Made by a program: the position numbers and the translations under genes. 64,000 nt of DNA from NCBI RefSeq assembly GCF_011386835.1, contig NC_088798.1:108934001-108998000 (forward strand), in the 5' to 3' direction. Positions 1-12,927 of this stretch are shown piece by piece (the first letter of the stretch is position 1; every line of letters begins with the position of its first letter). The stretch is from Chrysemys picta bellii. Its lineage: Eukaryota. Under the pieces are notes generated by a model. The model saw nothing but the letters and a program-made list of their open reading frames with translations. It was not told the origin of the DNA and did not search any database.

Positions 1-537
1 TTACATGAGGGCCCTGCTGGTGTCCCATGGTGCTGGGTGTGCTATGTCCCTGCCTCCCAGAGCTCACTGTCACTATCTAACCTGCCCCTCAGCTCTGACG
101 AACTGATTTCCCAATTCCCCTCTTGCTGCCAGCAGGAGCTAAGAAAGGGCAACCACACTGCCGGTCTCCCTGGTCCCCGAGACTCTTCCCAACCCGCATC
201 ACAAGGAGTGTGAGTGAAGGGGCATCCGCGCAGGCAGCTGATGCTCAAATATAAAACTCCTCATGCTCTTGTGATACCGTCCCCTCCCCCTTCTGTCTCT
301 GAGTTGCTTCCGGTGCCTCCCCGAGGCCCATCACAGACGGTGTCCTGTCCAGTAAAGGAGGGAAGCCATCACTCGTCAATCACATGGCGTCTCAGCCCCA
401 GGGATTGACTCTCTCCTCAACCCTGCTCCCAATTTACTCCTGAGTCCTAGCATGTTTCTAACCCAGAGATCATGGGCTCCTTGATGTTACAAACCAGGGG
501 GCGGGAACAATTAATTAACAGTGAGAGTTGGACTCAC

Positions 538-1192
538 CTTACCATCCTGACCAGTAGCATCTGGAACAAAAACACAGACACAAATGACACAATGAAGGGA
601 AATGCTGGTGGGAAGGTCACTTAAGAACATTCATCTCTGTAGGACAATGCATGCAGCTTCCTCACTGGCAAATGTCACCATGGGAAGGTTCCCTACACTA
701 ACCCCAGCTGTACCGTAATGTAACTCCATGACCCTCACCGGCAGGTCTACAGCAGTGTGTGTGAGATGAGAATCAGCCCCCCGGTGAGAATGGAGATTTA
801 CAATCAGGCTAGAAAACCACAAAGGAATGTCTGAGGGAAGCATGGAGACAAATGCGCCCACAGTCAGACCCGTAAATACTATCATCATTGCCCAGGATTA
901 ACGGCAGGCGCGATTGTTTGGCGTTCCCAGAGTGGGGTTTGGGGAAAGCCCATAATGGCCCCTCAGTAACATCTTTCCAAAGGAAATGGCTGTTTCTGCC
1001 ATGAGCCACTTCCCCGCTTATGACACCCAAACGTCCACGTCTGGAGCTCGGCTGGTCTTTAACAGTCGAGCCCCGGCTGAAGGTTAGAGGGTCAGACACA
1101 GCGCTCTGTACAGGCTGCAGCAAAAGTTACTCACCCTGAAAGCTGAAGAAGAGCCCCAGAGCGAGGAACACAACGACAGCTGCTGTCTTCAT
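538..1192 (-). CDS. Kazal-type protease inhibitor gene A1 (SPINK6-like), partial: exons 1-2 only
   Basis: Exon 1 at 1135-1192 ([27 protein letters not shown], donor GTGAGT, phase 1). Exon 2 at 538-560 (TTCCAG acceptor, DATGQDGK, phase 0). Both are homologous to complete genes A2 and A5. The Kazal exon should lie left of the window. Confidence 0.85.
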
Positions 1193-1280
1193 GGTGGACG
1201 TGGTTCGTGGGTCTGAGGGAGTCTGTTAGTGCGGAGTTCTGCAGATGCTCTCCCAATGCAGCCCAAGGGAGGAGACCTCA

Positions 1281-1288
1281 TATATATA
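1281..1288 (-). promoter_or_regulatory. TATA box of A1
   Basis: TATATATA about 90 nt upstream of the ATG, conserved in A2 and A5. Confidence 0.75.
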
Positions 1289-2139
1289 GACAAGAGGTTG
1301 GGCTCTCCAACTGGATTATGAAATCCCTGTCGAAATGGTCACTGATTCTACAAACCAGTACAATGAATGGTCATTCCCTATTCCTGTTCATGATGGCTCA
1401 TTGATCATCTAAGTCAGATGTACATTTTGCTCCCTGATTAGTTGGCTAAAACTTTTCCAGCTGGAAGGTCAGGTGTGCCGAACAACAAATAACAAATACT
1501 CTTGTTCATGCATGACCATCCTTCTTGTCAGATGAGCCCAGGTGTTGGCATGAAGAATGTTCCCCATCCCTAATGCAAATAAACCTCACAATACAGGACG
1601 CTCATAAGTGGCAACTACGAAAACACTTTGGGGATTGCAATAAATATTCGTGAGGAAAGTTACATTGTTCTCACACGCATGGCTAATTCTACCGAAATGG
1701 TAAATCTTAGTACACCATTGTAGAGAGGAGAGATCATGTACATTTGGTCTATGTGTCTGTGCACTGTTGCTTGCTCAGAACAGCTGCTATGCATCACTCA
1801 CGCTAGACTATGCTATCATGCCCCAGTAACCCAGCACATTCTAGGGTCTGCGTGTCCTGTTCCTAACACACCGGCGGCTGCTTTAGTGTTCAAGCACCTG
1901 CCAGCCTGTTTGTAACAGGTCTTGGGACACTCAGGCTCAGGCAGGAGGGAGCAGATGTTTGGCAGATAAAGGTGTCTGCGCAGATGTGACAGACGTAGAC
2001 TTTCTACTTAGTACCTCACAACATGCTGACTAAAAACATTATAGATTATCATTATACAGTTAGCATGATACAATATCACTAGAGCACATGTTAAATGGAT
2101 TATTAACTGCCTATTTCATAGGCCTCAACAAGTAGTTGT

Positions 2140-2580
2140 TAAGAGGAAATAATCAGTGAATGAGGGTGGTTCTAGTGAGGTTCTGCATGGATCAGTGCTA
2201 GGCATGGCAGTCTTCGACTTTTTTCATCACTGCTCTGGAAGTGAAAAATAAAGAACTGCTGATACAATTTGTGGATGACACAAAGGTTGGAGGAGTGGCA
2301 TCTAGTGATGAGGGCAGGGCCGTCAAACAGAACCATCTGGATTGCTCTGTAAGATGTTCTGTAACATACAAAATAGGTCTTAATACAGCCAATGAAAAGT
2401 TATCCATTTGGGTCTACAGGCTGCAGGCTGGCCCTATAGAATAGGGGACAGTCTCCTGGAAAGCAGAGACTGTGAAACGGAGCTAGGGTTCATAGTGGGC
2501 AAGCAACTGAACATGAGCTGCCGGTGTAGCGAAAATGGCTAATGCGATCCTTTGACTGTAGAAGCAAGGCAGTGTAGGAG
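2140..2580 (+). mobile_element. Old CR1 LINE ORF2 fragment
   Basis: Translation LIQFVDDTKVGGVA is a degenerate form of the CR1 RT motif FADDTKLGG. Boundaries are approximate. Confidence 0.65.
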
Positions 2581-3348
2581 TCAGGAGGTGATTTTACCGC
2601 TGTACATGACAGAGCGAACAGGGAAGTTTGAGAGGGGGAGAAGGAGATCCCCCTGCTGAACAAAGAAAGTGCGAGGACTAACTTCAGGGTGAGTGAGTTT
2701 GTTTGGCTGTTTGTGTTTTTCTTTCTCTTTCAGGATCGTTAAGTTACAGGGTCAGTTGGGTCAATTGGGATTGTGTGTTTGGGGACTGTTTGAGCCTTTG
2801 TTCCTTCGATCATCCTTGATCAGCCTCAATCAACCTTGTGATCACCCTCCCCCTGTGTGATTAACGCGGGGGTAGGGCTGACCTAGGAGAGAGGGCCTTA
2901 AAAGCCAGAGGCTAAGTGACCAAGGGGAGCTAGCGAACAGGGGACCGGAAACAGGGGAGTTTGTGGGCGGGAGACGTAATATAATTGTTATGGTTAGGAA
3001 GGGCCACATCGCCACTGCCAATGCTGCTCCTGTCTCCTCCACCTGTGCCTGTATCCAGACAGAGAACCTAACCATGGATGCCTCTACCCAGATCCTGGTG
3101 TGGATTTGCAGAGACTCTGGCCTGCATTTCTCACTCACAGAAAGCCGGGCTGGGGGGGGACCATCCAGCGTGAGTGGTGCTTGCTGGTGGAATCTCTCAG
3201 GAAGCAGGTGGGAGAGCTACAGGAGGAACATCCGTGCCCATGAGGAATTCCTCAAGAGTATTCATATGGAGACATCCAAGGCTGAAGAGGCTATCAAGCT
3301 ACAGAGGACTGCTGTCACACCACCGGGGGAGGAGGATGTGGCTCTGCC

Positions 3349-3575
3349 CAGGGCCAGCTTTAGGACCTGTGGGGCTCGATTCGAATACCCGGCGGCGGTT
3401 TGGGTCTTTGGCGGCACTTGGCGGCGGGGGGTCCTCTCCGCATCTTCCGCGGCACTCAAGGACCCCCCCGCCGCTGAAATGCCGCCGGAGCGGACCGCCG
3501 CCGGGTGAGCCTAAGGCGCGGGGCCCTCTTACCCGCAGGGCCCGATTCTGGGGAATCGGCCTAAAGCCGGCCCTG
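3349..3575. mobile_element. GC-rich MITE nested in CR1 ORF1
   Basis: 16-bp terminal inverted repeats CAGGGCCAGCTTTAGG and CCTAAAGCCGGCCCTG; flanks CTCTGCC and CTCTGTC are near-duplicated. Confidence 0.75.
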
Positions 3576-4640
3576 CTCTGTCGCACGGAAGACACTGGCT
3601 GCTGGTTACTTCTGGCAGCAGGCAGTGCTCCATCCCTACTTCCAACCCACCCACTGTGGTGATGGAAAGCCATTTTGCTGCCCTGGCAACGAGCGATGAG
3701 GAATCGCCCCCACAGGTGGAGGAGGAGAAGCCATGTACCCCCAAGGCTGGGAGGATCACAGCCACTACTTCCAGGAGGAAACATAGGGTAGGGGTGATTG
3801 GTTACTGTCTTCTGAGGGGGACAGAGGCACCCATCTGTTGCCCTGACATGGCATCCCAGGAGGTATGCTGCTTGCCAGGGGCCGTATCCGAGATGTTACG
3901 GGGGGTTTGTCAAGGATCATCCGGCCCTCTGACTACTACTCCATGCTACTCATCCATGTGGGTACTAATGATACTGCGAGGTATGACCCTCAGCAGATCA
4001 GAAGTGACTGCAGAGCTCTGGGAGTGAGGGTGAGGGTGAGGGAGTTGGGAGTGCAGGTGTTGTTCTCTTCGATCCTTCCCGTCAAGGCAGAGACAGATGA
4101 ATCCTGGAGGTGAATGCCTGGCTGCGAGGATGGTGTCACCAGGAGGGCTTTGGCTTCCTTGACCACAGGATGCTGTTCCAGGAAGAAGGACTGCTAAGCA
4201 GAGATTGGGTCCACCTATCGAGGAAGGGGAAGAGCAGATTTGGATTCAGACTGGCTAACCTAGTGAGAAGGGCTTTAAACTAGGTTTGAAGGGGGCAGGT
4301 GACCAAAGCCCACAGGTAAGTCAAAAACATGGAGACCCAGGAGAAGGGTCGGAATTTGGGTGGGGAACATGGGCTGTTATAGCAGGGATAAAGGAGAGAC
4401 AAGACAGAACTGGGGGTGGTGGAATCAAATCAGTATCTTAGATGTCTGTACACTAATGCGAGAAGTATGGGGAATAAGCAAGAACTCGAAATGCTAGTAA
4501 ATAAACACAACTATGACATAGTTGGCATCACAGGGACTTGGTGGGATAATACTCATGGCTGGAATATTGGTATAGAAGGGTACAGCTTGCTCAGGAAGGA
4601 CAGACAGGGAAAAAAGGGAGGAGGTAATAATATAATATAA

Positions 4641-4827
4641 TATATGGAGATATACCTATCTCATAGAACTGGAACGGACCTTGAAAAATCATCAAGTCCA
4701 GCCCCCTGCCTTCACTAGCAGGACCAAGTACTGATTTTGCCCCAGATCCCTAAGTGTCTCCCTCAAGGATTGAACTCACAACCCTGGGTTTAGCAGGCCA
4801 ATGCTCAAACCACTGAGCTATCCCTCC
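4641..4827 (-). mobile_element. tRNA-derived SINE (tortoise PolIII/SINE type) nested in CR1 ORF2
   Basis: GGGATAGCTCAGTGG A box, GTTCAATCC B box and a CR1-like 3' end; nearly the same as the copy at 63.4 kb. Confidence 0.85.
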
Positions 4828-7578
4828 TCCTTATATATTAAAAATGTTGACTTATATATTAAAAATGTATACACTTGGACTGAGGTTGAGCTGGAAATCG
4901 GAGACAGACTTGTTGAAAGTCTCTGGGTAAGGATAAAAGGGGTAAAAAACCAAGGGAGATGTCATGGTAGGGATCTACTACAGACCACTGAACCAGGAAG
5001 CAGAAGTGGATGAGGCTTTTTTTAAACAACTAACAAAATCATCCAAAGCACAGGACTTGCTGGTGATGGGGGACTTCAACCACTCAGACATCTGTTGGGA
5101 AAATAACACAGCAGGGCACAGATTATCCAGCAAGTTCTTGGAATGTATTGGAGACAATTTTTTATTTCAGAAGGTGGAGAAAGCTACTAGGGGAGAGACT
5201 GTTCTAGATTTGATTTTGACAAATAGGGAGGAACTGGTTGAGAATTTGAAAGTGGAAGGTAGGTTGGGTGAACGTGATCATGAAATGGTAGAGTTCATGA
5301 TTCTAAGGAATGGTAGGAGGGAGAACAGCATAATAAAGACAATAGATTTCAAGAACGCAGACTTTAGCAAACTCAGGGAGTTGGTAGGTAAGATCCCACG
5401 GGAAGCAAGTCTAAGGGGAAAAACAATTGAAAACAGTTGGCAATTTTTCAAAGAGATACTATTAAGGGCACAAGAGCAAACTATCCTACTGCGTAGGAAA
5501 GATAGGAAGTATGGCAAGAGACCACCCTGGCTTAAACAGGAGATGTTCAATGATCTAAAAATCAAAAAAGAATCCTACAAAAAGTGGAAACTAGGTCAAA
5601 TTACAAAGGATGAATGTAAACAAATAGATGTAGGGACAAAATTAGAAAGGCCAAGGCACAAAACGGGATCAAACTAGCTAGAGACATAAAGGATAACAAG
5701 AAAACATTCTACAAATACAATAGAAATAAGAGGAAGCCCAAGGACAGGGTAGGCCCTTTACTCAATGGGACGGGGGAGGGAAATAATAACAGAAAATATG
5801 GAAATGGCAGAGGTGATTAATGACTTCTTTGTTTTGGTTTTCACCAAGAAGGTTGGTGGTGATTGGACGTCTAACATAGTGAATCCAGTGAAAATGAGGT
5901 AGGATCGGAGGCTAAAATAGGAAAAGAACAAGTTAAAAATTACTTAGATGAGTTAGATGCTTTCAAGTCACCAGGACCTGATGAAATGCATCCTAGAATA
6001 TTCAAGGAGCTGACTGAGGAGATATCTGATTCTCTTTGAAAAGTCATGGAAGACAGGAGAGATTCCAGAGGACTGGAAAAGGGCAAATCTAGTGCCAATC
6101 TATAAAAAGGGAAATAAGGACAACCCAGGGAATTACAGACCAGTCAGCTTAACTTCTGTATCCGGAAAGATAATGGAGCAAATAATTAAGCAATCAATTT
6201 GCAAACATCTAGAAGATAATAAGGTGATAAGTAACAGTCAGGATGGATTTGTCAAGAACAAATCATGCCAAACCAACCTGATAGCTTTCTTTGACAGGGT
6301 AACAAGCCTTGTGGAGGGGGGGAAGTGGTAGGCATGGTATATCTTGACTTTAGTAGAGCTTTTGATACTGTCTCACATGACCTTCTCATTAACAAATTAG
6401 GGAAATGCAACCTAGATGGAGCTACTATAAAGTGGGTGCAAAATTGGTTGGAAAACCATTCTCAGAGAGTGGTTATCAGTGGTTCGCAGTCATGCTGGAA
6501 GGGCATATCGAGTGGGGTCCCGCAAGAATCGGTTCTGGGTCTGGTTCTGCTCAATATCTTCATCAATGATTTAGATAATGGTATAGAGAGTACACTTATA
6601 AAGTTTGTGGATGATACCAACCTGGGAGGGGTTGCAAGTGCTTTGGAGGATAGGATTAAAATTCAAAATGATCTGGAAAAATTGGAGAAATGGTCTGAAG
6701 TAAATAGGATGAAATTCAATAAGGACAAATGCAAAGTACTCCACTTAGGAAGGAACAATCAGTTGCGCACATACAAAATGGGCAATGACTGCCTAGGAAG
6801 GAGTACTGCGGAAAGGGATCTGGGGGTCATAGTGTATCACAAGCTAAATATGAGTCAACAGTGTAACACTGTTGCAAAAAAACCCGAACATCATTCTGGT
6901 CTGTATTAGCAGACAGAGTTTTTCCGAGAAGTAGTTTTTCCGCTCTACTCTGCGCTGATTAGGCCTCAGCTGGAGTATTGTGTCCAGTTCTGGGTGTCAC
7001 GTTTCAGGAAAGATGTGGAGAAACTGGAGAAAGTCCAGAAAAAAACAACAAAAATGATTGTGGGTCTAGAAAACATGACCTATGAGGGAAGCTTGAAAAA
7101 ACTGGGTTCGTTTAGTCTGACTGAGAAGGGACGTGATAATAGTTTTCAAGTACATAAAAGGTTGTTACAAGGAGAAGGGAGAAAAATTGTTCTTCTTAAC
7201 CTCTGAGGATAGGACAAGAAGCAATGGGCTTAAACTGCAGCAAGGGCGGTTTAGGTTGGACATTAGGAAAAACTTACTAACTGTCAAGGTACTTAAGCAC
7301 TGGAATAAATTGCCTAGAGAGGTTGTGAAATCTCCATCATTGGAGATTTTTAAGAGCAGGTTAGACAAACACCTGTCAGGAATGGTCTAGATAATACCTC
7401 GTCCTGCCATGAGTGCAGGGGACTGGACTAGATGACCTCTTGAGGTCCCTGCCAGTCCTACAATTCTATAATTCCTGGGACCAATACTGGAAGATTGACT
7501 CCAATTGTGGTGTCCACATTTGGAAAAAGATGTTTAAAAATTGGAGGAGGTGCAGAAAAGAGCCACAAAAATGAGTTA

Positions 7579-7895
7579 AGAACATAAGAACAGCCATATG
7601 GGTCAGACCAAAGGTTCACCTAGCCCAGTATCCTGTCTTCTGACAGTGGCCAATGCCAGGTGCTCCAGAGGGAATGAACAGAACAGGGAATCATCAAGTG
7701 ATCCATCCCCTGTCGCCCATTCCTAGCTGCTGGCAAACAGAGGCTAGAGACTCCATCCCTGCCCATCCTGGCTAATAGCCATTGATGGACCTATCCTCCA
7801 TGAACTTACCTAGTTCTTTTTTGAACCCTGTTATAGTCTTGGCCTTCACAACATCCCCTGGCAAGGAGTTCAACAGGTTGACTGTACGTTGTGTG
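7579..7895 (-). mobile_element. CR1 3' end fragment
   Basis: AACATAAGAA tail and a 3' UTR homologous to 35147-35460. Confidence 0.7.
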
Positions 7896-7899
7896 ACTC

Positions 7900-8310
7900 G
7901 AGCACTGGAGGAAATGCCTGAGCAGTGAGAGACTTAAAGAGGTCGTTCTGTTTAGCTTATCGAAAAGAATGCAGAGAGGTGACTTGATTGCTGTGTGTAA
8001 CTACCCTGAAGGGGAGAGAATACTGGGTATTAAAGGGCTTGTTATGCGATCAGAGAAAGGCAGAACACGAATCAGTGGCTGAAACCAAAGCCATACAAAT
8101 TCCAATTAGAAATTAGATGGACATTTTTAGCGATGAATGTGACAAACCATTGGAACAAATTCCAAGAAAAAAAATGGTGGATTCTCCATCTCTGGAGATC
8201 CAGTCTGGGTGACTTTCCGGAAGATGGGGTAACTGGTGAAATGTAATGCCTGCGTTCTACAGCACGTCAGACTAGATGATGTAATAGCCTTACGCTCTAT
8301 GAATCTATGG
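7900..8310 (+). mobile_element. Old CR1 3' fragment
   Basis: Degenerate homology to the CR1 ORF2 C-terminus and 3' UTR. Boundaries are approximate. Confidence 0.55.
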
Positions 8311-8468
8311 CTCTGTGATGTGGGGCTTGTCACATTTCTGGGGTTAACTGCATCCCTGCATCTCTGCTCCCTCTGGGGTCTACTCAAGGGCACCCCCTTT
8401 AGCTCTCCGACCCACAGCCATCACCCTTTCATGCACCTTTTACTCATGGTCTTTGCTCATGATCTCAT

Positions 8469-9457
8469 CATAGAATCATAGAATATCAGAGTTGGAAGGG
8501 ACCTCAAGAGGTCATCTAGTCCAACCCCCTGCTCAAAGCAGGACCAATTCCCAGCTAAATCATCCCAGCCAGGGCTTTGTCAAGCCGGGCCTTAAAAACC
8601 TCCAAGGAAGGAGACTCCACCACCTCCCTAGGTAACGCATTCCAGTGTTTCACCACCCTCTTAGTGAAATAGTTTTTCCTGATATCCAACCTGGACTTCC
8701 CCCACCGCAACTTGAGACCATTGCTCCTTGTTCTGTCATCTGCCACCACTGAGAACAGCCGAGCTCCATCCTCTTTGGAACCCCCCTTCCGGTAGTTGAA
8801 GGCTGCTATCAAATCCCCCCTCATTCTTCTCTTCTGGAGACTAAACAATCCCAGTTCTCTCAGCCTCTCCTCATAAGTCATTTGCTCCAGACCCCTAATC
8901 ATTTTTGTTGCCCTCCGCTGGACTCTTTCCAATTTTTCCACATCCTTCTTGTAGTGTGGGGCCCAAAACTGGACACAGTATTCCAGATGAGGCCTCACCA
9001 ATGTCGAATAAAGGGGAACGATCACGTTCCTCGATCTGCTGGCAATGCCCCTACTTATACAGCCCAAAATGCCGTTAGCCTTCTTGGCAACAAGAGCACA
9101 CTGTTGACTCATATCCAGCTTCTCGTCCACTGTGACCCCTAGGTCCTTTTCAGCAGAACTGCTACCTAGCCATTCGGTCCCTAGTCTGTAGCAGTGCATG
9201 GGATTCTTCCGTCCTAAGTGCAGGACTCTGCACTTGTCCTTGTTGAACCTCATCAGGTTTTTTTCTGCCCAATCCTCTAATTTGTCTAGGTCCCTCTGTA
9301 TCCGATCCCTACCCTCTAGTGTATCTACCACGCCTCCTAGTTTAGTGTCATCTGCAAACTTGCTGAGAGTGCAGTCCACACCATCCTCCAGATCATTAAT
9401 AAAGATATTAAACAAAACCGGCCCCAGGACCGACCCTTGGGGCACTCCACTTGAAAC
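8469..9457 (-). mobile_element. Young 5'-truncated CR1 with an 8-bp target-site duplication
   Basis: Open RT C-terminal frame within ORF 8555-9487, ATTCTATG tail, GATCTCAT at 8461-8468 and 9459-9466. Nearly identical to the 3' end of the 12.8-17.1 kb element. Confidence 0.95.
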
Positions 9458-9749
9458 AGATCTCATGATCTGGTCCATGGAGAACACTCAGGTCTGGAAG
9501 TGAGTCAGATACAGGGAACGTGTCTGGGGTTTGCGTAGGGATTTCTCTAGGAGGACAAGGCATGGCAGGAAGTGATATAATAACTTCCAGAAGTGGAGCC
9601 ATTTAGTGCCTGTGACTGGTTATTGCACTTTGCGTTTTCATTAACTCTGGTCTGTAAGCTGCGGGGAGCCTGTCTGAGACACGGGAGAGCAGAGTCCCTC
9701 TTTGGAAAGGGGAAAAAAACACAGAGGTAATGAATTCTGTTGAGTTTGC

Positions 9750-9755
9750 TTTATT
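9750..9755 (-). terminator. PolyA signal of A2
   Basis: AATAAA on the minus strand followed by a conserved T-rich downstream element (CCTCTGTGTTTTTTTCCCC). Confidence 0.75.
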
Positions 9756-9888
9756 GGACATGCAGGGGGATAGTCAGCCCTGGAAATGGAGGATGAGACA
9801 AGAACGTGGTTCCATGCAGGGATCTGCTGGTGGGAACTAGAAGCAAATGGCGATCGGCTCCATATCAGCGCTCGGCACCCCCGAGGAT

Positions 9889-12432
9889 TCAGCATTCTCC
9901 AAGTCGCGCAAAGCAAAGACTTCCAAGGTTTTCACTAGGGGGAAAGTCAGAGACACAGAATTCAGGGCTGCAACCCTTACGGGCAATGAGGGTAACCTTC
10001 TGTCAAGGCCCCATTATGTCACATTAACCAGAGCTTATTCGCTGACAGGAAAAATTGGACTGAGGAAGTTGACCCAGCATCTAGGAGGTAAAACAAATGG
10101 GCACAGGCAGGGGCTTGAATCACACCACAGTTATGTTTTGGTTTTTATGAATGGGCTATTTATTGCTGTAGAATCCTAGAATCACAGGACTGGAAGGGAC
10201 CTCGAGAGGTCATCTAGTCCGGTCCCCTGCCCTCATGATCTAGACTAGTGGTGAGCAACATGCGGCCCATCAGGGTAATCTGATTGCAGGCCGCGAGACA
10301 TTGTGCTGATGTTGACCGTCTGTAGGCACAGCCCCCCATAGCTCCCAGTTGGTGTGGTTCGCCGATCCCGGCCAATGCGGGAAGTGGCGGGCTGCAGGGA
10401 TGTGCTGTCTGCCGCTTCCCGCAGCTCCCATTGGCCAGGATTGGCAAACAGCAGCCACTGGGAGCTGTGGGGGGCAGGGACAATGCCTTGCCCACTACTG
10501 ATTTAGACCATCCCTGACAGGTGTTTGTCTAACCTGCTCTTAAAAATCCCCAATGATGGAGATCCCACAACCTCCCTGGGCAATTTATTTGAGTGCTTAA
10601 TTACTGCCCTTGCTGCAATTTAAGCCCATCGCTTCTTGTCCTATCCTCAGAGGTTAATTAAAACAACTTTTCTCCCTCATGCTTGTAACAACCTTTTATG
10701 TACCTGAAAACTGTTATCATGACCCCTCTCAGTTGTCTCTTTTCCAGACTAAACAAACCCAATTTTTTCCATTTTCCCTCAGAGATCTTGTTTTCTAGAC
10801 CTTTAATCATTTTTGTTGCTCTTCTCCAGTTTCTCCAGTTTTTCCCTGAAAAGTGGCATCCAGAACTGGACACAATAATCCAGTTGAGGCCGTAGCAGCG
10901 CAGAGTAGAGCAGAAGAATGACTTCTCGTGTTTTGCTTACAACAGTCCTGCTAACACATCCCAGAATGATGTCCGCTTTTTTTGCAACAGCGTTACACTG
11001 CTGACTCATATTTAGCTTGTGATCCACTCTGACCCCAGATCCCTTTCCGCAGTGCTCCTTCCTAGGCAGTCATTGCCCATTGTGTATGTGTGCAACTGAT
11101 TGTGCCTTCCTAAGTGGAGGACTTTGCATTTGTCCTTATTGAATTTCATCCTATTTACTTACAAGACTGCGCCACAAAAGGCACATTTGTTGCCGTATGT
11201 CTTGCCATCAGTGCCACAGACGGGGCGGTAGTCCAAGGTGCAGGCAGTTGGAGGACTCTTGTACTCACTGCAGAACCCCTACAAGTGAAATTCGTATCAG
11301 TGTTATTGTCTGTATTGCAGTAGAACCCTGACATTCCCATGGTGCTGGGCGTGCTGTGAACACAGAGGAAGGGACAGTCACCCCCCTCCCACCCTCAGGC
11401 TCACACTATCTTATCCTGTCCCTTGTCTCTTTCGACTGTGGTTCTGAAGCACTCACTTCCCAATTCCCCTTTCACTGCCTGGAGGAGCTGAGCCCGTCTC
11501 CCTGGTCCACGAGACTCTTCCGAACCCGCATCACAAGGTGTCTGAGCAAAGGGGTGTCTGTGCAGGCAGCAGATCCTCAAATATGAAAAATTTCATGCTC
11601 TTGTCATACCGTCCCCTGCCCCTTCTGTCTCTGAGTTGCTTTTTGTGACTCCCCCAGGCCCATCACAGACGGTGTCCTGTCCAATAGCGTATGGAGTCCA
11701 TCACTCGGACCACATGGCGTCTCAGCCCCAGGGATTCGCTCTCCCCTCACTAGGGCCTGGGGGAAGAGTCTGCTCCCACATTGACTCATGAGTTCCAGCG
11801 TGTTTCTAACCCAGAGCTCCTGGCCGCCATGATGCTACATACCAGGGATCGGGGCAAGTGACAATTGATTCACAGTGAGACTTAGACTCACCTGACCACC
11901 ATCGCCGACAGCATCTGGAAGAAAACACAGACACAAACAATACAACTAAGGGAAATGTCAGAGGGAAATCAGTTAACAACATTCATCTTTGCCTAGGACA
12001 ATGCATGCTGCTTCCTAACCAGCAACTGGGTCATGGAAAGGTTTCCTGCTCCCTCATCGAATTGTTGTGACAAATAGAAACATTGAGTGTAATGCACCGA
12101 CAGTCTGACCTGAAATACCATCACCAGGACCCACAATTAACGGCAGGCGCGATTGTTTGGAGTTCCCAGAGTGGAGTTTGGTTAAAAGCCCATAATGGCC
12201 CCTCAGTAACATCTTTCCAAAGGAAATGGCTGTTTCTGCCATGAGCCACTTCCCCGCTTATGACACCCAAACGCCCACAGCTGGAGCTCGGCTGGTCTTT
12301 AACAGTCGAGCCCCGGCTGAAGGTTAGAGGGTCAGACACAGCGCTCTGTACAGGCTGCAGCAAAAGTTACTCACCCTGAAAGCTGGAGAAGAGCCCCAGA
12401 GCGAGGAACACAACGACAGCTGCTGTCTTCAT
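9889..12432 (-). CDS. Kazal-type serine protease inhibitor A2 (SPINK6-like), 80 aa, P1=Leu
   Basis: Exons 12375-12432, 11892-11914, 11163-11278 and 9889-9934, all GT-AG, phases 1/0/2 as in SPINK genes. Protein [80 protein letters not shown]. Kazal motif, TATA box and AATAAA are present. Confidence 0.93.
10170..11155 (-). mobile_element. 5'-truncated CR1 in A2 intron 3, with a nested MITE-like segment at about 10247-10497
   Basis: [15 protein letters not shown] translation and CR1 3' end at 10170-10245; absent from the homologous introns of other paralogs. Confidence 0.85.
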
Positions 12433-12520
12433 GGTGGACGTGGGTCGTGGGTCTGCTGGAGTCTGTTAGTGCTGAGTTCTGCAGATGCTCTCCCAATGCA
12501 GCCCAAGGGAGGAGACCTCA

Positions 12521-12528
12521 TATATATA
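12521..12528 (-). promoter_or_regulatory. TATA box of A2
   Basis: TATATATA at the same spacing as in A1 and A5. Confidence 0.75.
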
Positions 12529-12927
12529 GACAAGAGGTTGGGCTCTCCAACTGGATTATGAAATCCCTGTCGAAATGGTCACTGAGGCTACAAACCAGTA
12601 CAGTGAATCGTCATTCCCTCGTAAGTCATAAGTTGGACAAGAATGCGTCTGTATCAAATGCCCTTTGGGGACTGCAATAAATATTAGTGGGGAAGGTTAA
12701 ACTGCCCTGACATAACGGGTGAGTTCAAAGTCAGCCTTTGTAAATCGTGTCGCACCTGCAGAGGAAGGCAGGTTATTTACATTCAATCAGGTGTGTCCGG
12801 GGTTCTGTTGGTTGCTGAGAACTGCCACCTTGTCATAGAATCATAGAATCATAGAATATCAGAGTTGGAAGGGACCTCAAGAGGTCATCTAGTCCAACCC
12901 CCTGCTCAAAGCAGGACCAATTCCCAG

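Larger units (their letters stand above)
2600..7465 (+). mobile_element. Degraded near-full-length CR1 LINE
   Basis: ORF1 esterase-like remnants at 3656-4280. Frameshifted ORF2 pieces: APE (YTNARS, GDFN) and RT ([15 protein letters not shown]). CR1 3' end near 7450. Confidence 0.9.

Noticed and set aside
4760-4827. tRNA-like sequences here and at 63375-63445
   Set aside because: They are SINE heads joined to CR1-like tails, not standalone tRNA genes.
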